A stretch of 39,882 nucleotides of DNA from Candidatus Planktophila sp. (GTDB taxonomy: Bacteria > Actinomycetota > Actinomycetes > Nanopelagicales > Nanopelagicaceae), in the NCBI GenBank assembly GCA_044374325.1, contig JBILOR010000001.1, positions 1 through 39,882 on the forward strand, written 5' to 3'. Positions within the stretch are counted from its first letter, which is position 1; each line of letters begins with the position of its first letter. The notes beneath the pieces are model-generated. The model saw only the letters and a list, made by a program, of their open reading frames with translations, ran no database searches and was not told the DNA's origin. The translations under genes and the position numbers were made by a program. Positions 18,277-25,634 of this stretch are shown one piece after another.

Positions 18277-18653
18277 CTTGCAACGGTAGGTCATTGATGT
18301 CACTAAAGGTCTTAAAAAACCTTGTGAATAGCTTGCCAATCCTCCCCAAAGCTTGTTTTTCGGTGTAAGCCCAAGAATTTAACGAAAATATTGAAATTTC
18401 TTTAGCCTCAAGTCAGTAAATCCCAACATTCTGCCCTCAAACCCTTATCCTTTACTTGAGCCTTTTGAGGTCTCATGCTCGACCCTGCTTTCATTAGCCT
18501 GGTTTACGCTTAAAAATCAGCGGCCATGGCCTTCGGCGCAAGCCCTTCCCTTAGATAACCCTCCAAACCCTTCTAAGCCTTTTCTCAGAGTCGCCCAATA
18601 AGGTTGCTCTTGAGCGTGGCTGGCAATATTTAGTAAAAAAAGTTTCTGATTGG

Positions 18654-18710
18654 GCACAACATTTGGCCCCCTCAGGTGTCTTAACTAGTAGAGGCAAGAC
18701 GTTGTCTCTA
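18654..18710 (+). promoter_or_regulatory. Putative ECF-type promoter and 5'-terminal hairpin of the sigma gene
   Basis: GCACAAC-N17-GTCTT (AAC...GT, ECF-like spacing), followed by TAGAGGCAA-gacg-TTGTCTCTA (18689-18710). Confidence 0.4.
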
Positions 18711-18727
18711 GATAAGCGGGATTTAAA

Positions 18728-20206
18728 ATGGCAATTCTTAAGTCGAAGGCAGCGAAAGCAGCTGCAACGACCCTTGCCGACGCCGCAACAAGCGTGACTC
18801 CAGCCCTTCCAGTCGTGCCCCGCACAGCCACATCTGACTGGTCAATTGCTGATCTAAGCGCCATCTACACCGAATACCGCACATCGCTCGTCTCTCAAGC
18901 CCGCCGCATGCTTCGCGATGAGACCGACGCTAATGAAGTAGTGCAAGAAGCCTTCTTGAAGTTCATGCTGGCTGCCCCAGATCTAGATACAACTGAACGC
19001 GCTGTTGCTTACTTGCGCGCTTCAGTTAACAACTTAGCTCTTAACGTAATCCGTGCTCGTGGCGATCGCCCTAACTTGGTAGCCCTAGATGCTGATACAA
19101 CCCAAGAGCGCCTTGATGAGATTGCTAACGAAAACCACGTTGATATCGATACCACTATTACAGCTGCTGAAGATGCCGCGATTATCCGCGAAGCTCTTTC
19201 ACGCCTAACTTCAGATCAGCGCACAGCGCTTGTCATGTGGGAAATGGAAGGCCGCTCAACAGAAGAAATCGCAGCTGCGCTTAACACAACTCCTGCAAAT
19301 GTTCGCCACGTTGTTGCTCGTGCTCGTCAATCAATGGTTCGCGTTCTATCTGAGTGGATTGTTGATGAGACCACCGGTGCAACCGCACTTGATTCACTAT
19401 CAAATACTTACAAGAAGGCTGCCGAGCTTGCGCAGAAATCTTCTAAGGTCGCACTTTCTCTAATTTTAGTTGTAACTGCATTCCTTGGCTTCAACTCAAT
19501 GACTGGTCGCGAAGGCGCTCTAACACCAATTGCAACCCAGCAAGATGTCGTTGCTGCCGTTGTTACCCCACAAGTTTCAACTCCTTCAGCACTTCCAACA
19601 GCTGCTGCTAGCGCATCAGCGACGCCAGTGCTTGAACCTCAAGCCAAGAAATCATTCGGAATGGTTGCCGGCGTTGATATTAAGACTGGCAAGTTATCTT
19701 TTGCTGGCCTTGATAAAGATGGAATCCCTACTGGTTTCACAGTGACCGATGCAAGCAAGGTAGTTGGCAAGTTATTCCTTAATAAGAATGCAGTGCCAAC
19801 TATGACTGAAGGCGGAATGGTTCTTAGCGTTCCTGCAATCACAGCCAATAACGCAACTGGCCCAAATGTTTTGTTGTCACAAACAATCAAGGTCGATGGC
19901 ACTGGCACCACCTACGAAGGCTCACCTTCAGTTGGCATCGCGGGCAGCTGGACCCCACTAATTCTTAGCTCTACTAATACTGTTATCGATCGCCTAAGCA
20001 ACGGTAATTACTTAGTAACTTCAACTATGACTGTTGAATCAGCGGTCGATATCGATTTCTCAATTGCAACTGGTGTTCGCGGTTATGACCTAACTGAAGC
20101 GCCAAAGACAATTACTACTCGCTTGGTATTAAACCCAGGCAAGACTCAAATCTTGGCTCAAGCAATTAATATCTCTGAGCCAATCACAGCGAAGGCGACT
20201 AAATAA
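18728..20206 (+). CDS. ECF (group 4 sigma-70) RNA polymerase sigma factor fused to a membrane helix and C-terminal extracytoplasmic domain
   Basis: Region 2 'DANEVVQEAFLK...AYLRASVNNLALN'; region 4 'ALSRLTSDQRTALVMWEMEGRSTEEIAAALNTTPANVRHVVARAR'; hydrophobic VALSLILVVTAFLGF from residue 241; Pro/Thr/Ala linker; beta-rich tail. Confidence 0.85.
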   Translation: MAILKSKAAKAAATTLADAATSVTPALPVVPRTATSDWSIADLSAIYTEYRTSLVSQARRMLRDETDANEVVQEAFLKFMLAAPDLDTTERAVAYLRASVNNLALNVIRARGDRPNLVALDADTTQERLDEIANENHVDIDTTITAAEDAAIIREALSRLTSDQRTALVMWEMEGRSTEEIAAALNTTPANVRHVVARARQSMVRVLSEWIVDETTGATALDSLSNTYKKAAELAQKSSKVALSLILVVTAFLGFNSMTGREGALTPIATQQDVVAAVVTPQVSTPSALPTAAASASATPVLEPQAKKSFGMVAGVDIKTGKLSFAGLDKDGIPTGFTVTDASKVVGKLFLNKNAVPTMTEGGMVLSVPAITANNATGPNVLLSQTIKVDGTGTTYEGSPSVGIAGSWTPLILSSTNTVIDRLSNGNYLVTSTMTVESAVDIDFSIATGVRGYDLTEAPKTITTRLVLNPGKTQILAQAINISEPITAKATK

Positions 20207-20358
20207 TGAGCCGCTACGCAATTAAGTTTCCCTTCCGCGTCCGGATACACGGTGGGGAATTTGATGAATCAGCACGTGCGATTCATCGAGAGGATGGCCT
20301 AAAAACTATCCAAGCCGAATCGGGGATCGTCCTCGAATCGACTATCGAAAGGAAACAA
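20206..20358 (+). promoter_or_regulatory. Structured 5' leader (three tandem stem-loops plus SD) of the surface-protein gene; also an in-frame 51-codon extension
   Basis: Stems at 20228-20259, 20261-20289 (TTGATGAATC/GATTCATCGA) and 20290-20334 (GAGGATGG/TCGTCCTC). SD-like GAAAGGAAA lies before the ATG at 20359. Confidence 0.6.
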
Positions 20359-22293
20359 ATGTCTACAAAGACAACTTTCAAGCGCATCGCGCTTGTAACT
20401 GTTGCTGCTTTGGGCTTTGGTGTTATGTCAGTTGCGCCTTCAAGCGCGGCGGTACTAAACCCAACGTTTACACTTTCAGCTGCTACCACAACGGTACAGC
20501 TAGGTGACGAAGCTAAAGCAACTTTAACAACGGCTGGTTTCTTCGGTGTTGCCTCAAACGATACAGCGACATCAACTGTTGAACTAGCTACATTCCCAAC
20601 AGGTTCAACAACAGCTTCATTGACTGCTGCTGCAAACGTAGTTTTGACTGCAGTTGACACAGCTACAGCTAATACAGCGACAACTTCAAATGGTCAAGTT
20701 GTTCAGACAACTGCCGGTGTAGTTGGACCTAACTCTGCTGCTGCTGCTCTAATTTCAGGCCGCACAACAATCTCTGTAACTCCAACTGTTGCAGGTACAT
20801 ATACCTACACAGTTAAGTCAATTGTGGCTTCAATTTCATCAACAGTCCCAGTTACAACACAGACATGGACAGTAGTTGTTACTCCTGTAACACTTTCTTC
20901 TACTTCTGTATTCATTGGTGCTGACGCAACTCTAACTGCTGATGCAGCTGCTACGGCTCTAACAGCAAGCGGAACAGCTGCAACAGCAGCAGTTGCAAAG
21001 ATCCAGACAATCCAATACCGCACAGGTACAACAAAGATCCAGGGAACATCTTCTAAGACAGTTGTATTCTCTGTTTCAGGTGCTGGTCTTCTAGCATCAA
21101 CAAACGGTGCTGCTGCTCGCGGATCTTCAATCACTGTTGCTGGTGGCGTAAGCGGAGATAACAACGTTTACCTACATGCTGATGGCCGTACAGGCGTATC
21201 AACAATCACAGTAACTGTAGATGGAACACTTGTTGCAACAAAGACATTCACATTCCTTGGAACTCTTGCTACATTGTCAGCAACAGCATCAAAGAAGAAT
21301 GTTGGCGTTGGCGAATCAATGACTCTTACAGTTGCCGGTGCAGATGCAAACAAGAATGCAACAGCAACTCCAGTAGTTACAGCAGTTTCAGCTGATGCGA
21401 CAATCGCAACAGTTACAGCGGATGGAGCTACAGTTACAGGCGTAAAGGCTGGAACTACAACAGTTACCTTAACTAGCGGAACAGTTACATTGGCTGTGCC
21501 AGTAACAGTTCTACCTGTTACAGCTGCTACATTGTCATGGAAGTTCGACAAGGACTCATACGATGCAGGCGAGAAGATGACACTAACAATCACAGCTTCA
21601 GGTGTTGCTGATGGTGCTCGTGCCGTATTCACTGCTGCTCCAGTTGCTAACTTCTCATTAGCTTCAGGTTCAGATGCTCTAGTCGCAAACCCAACATTCG
21701 CTGCTGGCGTTGCTACTTTGACACTTTATGCTCCAGCAACACCAGGTAAGTTCACACTTACAGGTACTGTTAACTTCGCTGGCGTTGACACAGAAGCAGC
21801 AATCAAGACAGCTGCTACTACATACACAGCTTCAGTTGCTACTGTTTCAACCACAGTAACAAACCCAGCTCTAACAGCTGCTCAAGAAGCAACTGATGCA
21901 GCTAACGAAGCAACTGATGCAGGTAACAATGCAAAGGATGCTGCTGATCAGGCAATTGAGGCAGCAGATGCTGCAACAATCGCTGCTCAGGATGCTGCTG
22001 CAGCTGCTGAAGCTGCAGGAGAAATGGCTGTAGAAGCTGCTGAAGCTGCTGGTGCAATTGCACAAGACGCTCTAGATGCAGCTAATGCTGCAACTGATGC
22101 TGCTCTATCAGCTGCTGAAGCTGCAGATGCTGCTACAGCTGCTGCAACAGAAGCTAAGGAATCTGCAGATGCTGCTACAGCAGCAGTTGCTGAGCTTTCA
22201 GCTGAAGTAGCTAAGTTAATGGCTGCTTTGACTGCAAAGGTCACAACCTTGAGCACACTAGTTGCCAAGATTGCAAAGAAGGTTAAGGCTTAA
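20359..22293 (+). CDS. Major surface (S-layer-like) protein: signal peptide, Thr/Ala/Val-rich Ig-like domains, acidic Ala-rich coiled coil, basic C-terminal helix
   Basis: MSTKTTFKRIALVTVAALGFGVMSVAPSSA signal peptide after an SD. Big_2-like 'VSADATIATVTADGATVTGVKAGTTTVTLT'. Heptads AQEATDA/ANEATDA. Strong GCT/GCA/ACA/ACT/GTT codon bias. 644 aa from this start. Confidence 0.75.
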   Translation: MSTKTTFKRIALVTVAALGFGVMSVAPSSAAVLNPTFTLSAATTTVQLGDEAKATLTTAGFFGVASNDTATSTVELATFPTGSTTASLTAAANVVLTAVDTATANTATTSNGQVVQTTAGVVGPNSAAAALISGRTTISVTPTVAGTYTYTVKSIVASISSTVPVTTQTWTVVVTPVTLSSTSVFIGADATLTADAAATALTASGTAATAAVAKIQTIQYRTGTTKIQGTSSKTVVFSVSGAGLLASTNGAAARGSSITVAGGVSGDNNVYLHADGRTGVSTITVTVDGTLVATKTFTFLGTLATLSATASKKNVGVGESMTLTVAGADANKNATATPVVTAVSADATIATVTADGATVTGVKAGTTTVTLTSGTVTLAVPVTVLPVTAATLSWKFDKDSYDAGEKMTLTITASGVADGARAVFTAAPVANFSLASGSDALVANPTFAAGVATLTLYAPATPGKFTLTGTVNFAGVDTEAAIKTAATTYTASVATVSTTVTNPALTAAQEATDAANEATDAGNNAKDAADQAIEAADAATIAAQDAAAAAEAAGEMAVEAAEAAGAIAQDALDAANAATDAALSAAEAADAATAAATEAKESADAATAAVAELSAEVAKLMAALTAKVTTLSTLVAKIAKKVKA

Positions 22294-22334
22294 TTAGCCC
22301 GAGCTTCAAAGGAGTCCTTTAAAAGACTCTCAAA

Positions 22335-22380
22335 CCGAAGCCCGGTTCCTTTACAGGAACCGGGCTTCGGCCTTTTATTT
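22335..22380 (+). terminator. Strong intrinsic terminator
   Basis: Perfect 16-bp stem CCGAAGCCCGGTTCCT-ttac-AGGAACCGGGCTTCGG followed by CCTTTTATTT. Small GGCT/AGCC and GAGTC/GACTC hairpins precede it. Confidence 0.92.
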
Positions 22381-22435
22381 GAGTATTTCCTTGGTTGTTA
22401 ACTAGATATTTAGAGAGCTTAGGTACCCTTGACTT

Positions 22436-24289
22436 ATGAGATTAGCTAGAGCACTTAGCGATATTGAGGCCAGAAAAGTTCAGACCCTTGTTCTCTTGGG
22501 TGGTGTTTTTACCACTTTAACAATCTGGACAAAGCTAGAGGACCCAATCAATCTACCTAAGATGTTTGTGTTGGTTTTGTTTGCAGCAATTACTTTAGGG
22601 CTCGTAATGCCTGCTTTGTTAGGCGCACATAAACTTTCTTCAGGAAATCAAAAAATTGGCCTGGGATTAATTAGTTTACTTGCCCTCGGACTCCTGATTA
22701 CTACGGTAGCTACAGACGTTAAGTACACGGCCATCTTTGGTGAGTTCCATCGTAACAATGGCGCACTCTCCTACACGGCAATGATCATTTTGATGACTGC
22801 CGGATCTCTTGTCTTCAATCTTAAGTCCGTAAATAGATACTTCACTTTTTTTGGTATTTCTGGGTTGCTTCTAGCTGTTTATGGAATCCTTCAAGGATTA
22901 GGCGCAGACCCAGTTGGCTGGAAAATTGATTACAACCCGTTCATTACAACTCTTGGAAACCCTAACTTCACCTCAGGATTTCTTGGTCTCGCAAGTATTG
23001 CGATTCTCTACTTGGCGCTCGATGCGAAAGACCGTAAGTTTCAAGTTAGTTATGTAGTTGGATTGCTCGCAAGCCTCTACATTCTTTGGCGTTCAGGTTC
23101 AATCCAAGGCGTTTTTGGCTTTTTAATTGGCGCTACAGTAATAGTTTTGGTCAAACTCTGGATCATTAATAAACGCTATGGCCAACTTGGCTCAGCCGTA
23201 GCGGTTATAGCAGGCGCCCCGGTAGTACTTGCAGTTCTAAACATGGGTCCGCTCGCGAATAAGCTATATCAGGGCACGCTTCGTAACCGTTTTGATTACT
23301 GGAATGCGTCGATTGGAATGTTCAAGGATTATCCAATCTTTGGTGTTGGTATAGATCGTTTTGGCGAGTACTACCGGCAATATGCAGTACAGAATCAAGT
23401 TGTGCAAGGTCAGATCACTGATAACGCACACAGCATTTATATGCAGTTACTAGCAACAGGCGGAGTAACTCTTTTCATTCCCTATATGTTGCTAGTTTTA
23501 TTCGTAACATATTTAGGTATAAAGTCAATGATCAAATTTAAAGGCGAAGATAAACTAAAGGCTGGCGCTTTACTTGGAATCTGGCTAGGAACTGTCGCGC
23601 TAAATGTTGTAACCGTAGACAATCTAGGCGTTGGTGTTTGGTTTTGGATTACCGGAGGCGTGCTTACTGCAGTATCAGTTAACGGCCAGCGAAGTGAGTT
23701 TGCCGACGCAGGTCAAAAGAATAAAGCAACTAGAGGTAAATCATCCGTTTCAAAAAATTCTGAAACTTTGTTTCCTGTAACTTATGTGGTTAGTTTTGTG
23801 CTTACAATTTTTGTTCTGATCTCGGTTGTACCAGCCTTAGGAAAATCTTCAAAACTTTTTGATTTGAAGAATAATCAGAATTCTTATACCACTCAAACTT
23901 ACGTACCAACTATAGTTTCTGAATCAAAGAGTTCATTGAATAATCCCCAGTACCTTATTCAGCTAGCAAGTTTAGCTCTTAATCAGAATGCTATTAAAGA
24001 AGCATTCGATCTTATAGATCAGATAAACAAGGTTGATTCACGTTCTTACTACGGAAACTACTTTCCTGCCCTAACTCTAGAAGCCATGAACAGTAGGCCT
24101 GATGCAATAAAGTATCGTGAACGCTTAAAGGAACTAGACCCCTGGAACACCGCGAGCCAGCTAGAACTAATTAGAAATTACTTGTCCATCGGGGATAAGG
24201 CATCGGCTCAAGAGGTGGCAACTTTAATCAACAGAAATTACCCGGGAAGCCAGTCTGATATTGATGCTTCAGCCCTTTTGGTTGGGTAG
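22436..24289 (+). CDS. O-antigen ligase (Wzy_C) family membrane protein with TPR-like tail; candidate O-oligosaccharyltransferase
   Basis: About 12-13 hydrophobic segments, LGNPNF, 'RFDYWNASIGMFKDYPIFGVG', DNAHSIYMQLLATGG (conserved His), soluble helical C-terminus. Confidence 0.85.
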   Translation: MRLARALSDIEARKVQTLVLLGGVFTTLTIWTKLEDPINLPKMFVLVLFAAITLGLVMPALLGAHKLSSGNQKIGLGLISLLALGLLITTVATDVKYTAIFGEFHRNNGALSYTAMIILMTAGSLVFNLKSVNRYFTFFGISGLLLAVYGILQGLGADPVGWKIDYNPFITTLGNPNFTSGFLGLASIAILYLALDAKDRKFQVSYVVGLLASLYILWRSGSIQGVFGFLIGATVIVLVKLWIINKRYGQLGSAVAVIAGAPVVLAVLNMGPLANKLYQGTLRNRFDYWNASIGMFKDYPIFGVGIDRFGEYYRQYAVQNQVVQGQITDNAHSIYMQLLATGGVTLFIPYMLLVLFVTYLGIKSMIKFKGEDKLKAGALLGIWLGTVALNVVTVDNLGVGVWFWITGGVLTAVSVNGQRSEFADAGQKNKATRGKSSVSKNSETLFPVTYVVSFVLTIFVLISVVPALGKSSKLFDLKNNQNSYTTQTYVPTIVSESKSSLNNPQYLIQLASLALNQNAIKEAFDLIDQINKVDSRSYYGNYFPALTLEAMNSRPDAIKYRERLKELDPWNTASQLELIRNYLSIGDKASAQEVATLINRNYPGSQSDIDASALLVG

Positions 24290-24361
24290 GCTCAGCGGAA
24301 TATCAAACTTATAAGTTATTGATTTTTAATTCGTGATTAGAGATTTGGGGTACGCATAAGA

Positions 24362-25615
24362 ATGGCTGGGATAGATTTGAGCGATCGCTCGAAGGTATTG
24401 GCGATTATTGGTCAAGGTTATGTTGGGCTTCCCTTGGCAATGGCTGCCGTTGATGCCGGGTGGTCAGTTATTGGGATTGAGAAGTCAGTTTCTCGTGTCA
24501 AACAACTAAATTCAGGCTCAAGTCCCGTTGAGGACATCTCAGATACTCGTTTGGCAAATGCCATTGCGGCAAATAAATTTATAGCTTCTAATGATCCATC
24601 AGATGTATCTGCAGCCTCTGTCGTAACTATCTGTGTCCCAACGCCATTAGATGAGGCACGTAATCCAGATTTAGAACTTTTGGAAAGTGCGACTCGCGAT
24701 GTGGCGCCCCATCTTTCACTTGGTACTTTATTAGTTAGTGAATCAACTTCTTACCCCGGCACATTGAGAGATGTAATAATCCCGCTAGTTAATAGTTTGA
24801 AATCGCCACACGCTAATGAACTTTTTTACGCATCAGCGCCAGAACGAGTAAATCCAGGTGATCCAGTTTGGGATCAAAAGAATACGCCACGCTTGGTTGG
24901 TGGCATTGATGAGGAATCTCAGAAGCGTGCATTGGCTTTCTACAATTCAATCTGTGATTCAGTTGTTGCTACATCAACTCCTGAAATTGCTGAAGCTGCA
25001 AAAATGCTTGAAAATACTTTCCGCTTAGTCAACATTGCAATGATCAATGAATTCACTCAGTTATGTAGCGCTCAAGGCATTAATGTTCATGAAGTAATCA
25101 ATGCCGCAGCCACCAAGCCTTATGGTTTTATGCCGTTTAGACCAGGAGTCGGTATTGGCGGCCACTGCATTCCCGTGGACCCTCTTTATCTAACTTGGTG
25201 GGCACGCAAGGGTGGGCAAGTAGCTAGTTTGGTAGAGCGATCTGATGAGATCGCTAATCAAATGCCTATCTACGTTGCAGAACGGGCTCTAGCGCTCGTT
25301 AAAACCTCAACTGCTACGCCTAAGGTACTTATTATGGGTGTTGCATATAAACCAGGTGTTGGCGATGTTCGTGAGACACCAGCAAGCGCCTTAAGAGCTG
25401 CTCTCGTGGCTAGAAATGCTGAAGTTTCTTGGGTTGATCCACTCGTTCCACTTTGGGAAGGAACCAAACCAGTAACAGAAGAATGGGATTGTAATGTTGC
25501 AATTGTTGCGACCAATCAGCCAGGATTAAATGTGGCGTCTTTGTTGGCTCGAGGAATTCCAGTTTTGGATTGCACCAATAACTATGGGGAACAAGCTGGG
25601 GTAGAACTTCTTTAG
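24362..25615 (+). CDS. Nucleotide-sugar 6-dehydrogenase (UDP-GlcNAc/GalNAc dehydrogenase, WbpA/TviB-like)
   Basis: GQGYVGLP, ICVPTP, ESTSYPGT, PERVNPG, KMLENTFR, GGHCIPVDP (catalytic Cys), GVAYK...DVRETP. Confidence 0.9.
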   Translation: MAGIDLSDRSKVLAIIGQGYVGLPLAMAAVDAGWSVIGIEKSVSRVKQLNSGSSPVEDISDTRLANAIAANKFIASNDPSDVSAASVVTICVPTPLDEARNPDLELLESATRDVAPHLSLGTLLVSESTSYPGTLRDVIIPLVNSLKSPHANELFYASAPERVNPGDPVWDQKNTPRLVGGIDEESQKRALAFYNSICDSVVATSTPEIAEAAKMLENTFRLVNIAMINEFTQLCSAQGINVHEVINAAATKPYGFMPFRPGVGIGGHCIPVDPLYLTWWARKGGQVASLVERSDEIANQMPIYVAERALALVKTSTATPKVLIMGVAYKPGVGDVRETPASALRAALVARNAEVSWVDPLVPLWEGTKPVTEEWDCNVAIVATNQPGLNVASLLARGIPVLDCTNNYGEQAGVELL

Positions 25616-25634
25616 TTCTTATTTTGTTTAGTAA

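Noticed and set aside
18277-18339. N-terminal extensions in the ORF track (18339; also 35071, 26600, 26665, 36924)
   Set aside because: A downstream start sits 6-7 nt after a -10 hexamer in each case and, for the recognisable families, matches the usual N-terminus.
20206-20358. Leader as a known riboswitch (TPP, SAM, cobalamin, c-di-AMP, glycine) or T-box
   Set aside because: I could not find the conserved cores of these classes by eye. It is kept as an unassigned structured leader pending an Rfam search.
21880-22210. GCTGCT/GATGCA repeats as a possible CRISPR array or tandem DNA repeat element
   Set aside because: The repeats are in-frame codons of an Ala-rich coiled coil. There is no constant repeat with unique spacers and no cas genes.
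20283-22268. Several long antisense ORFs (125, 119, 154, 64 and 93 aa) within the surface-protein gene
   Set aside because: Expected shadow of the extreme Ala/Thr/Val codon bias, which rarely creates reverse-strand stops. They have no independent start signals or recognisable motifs.
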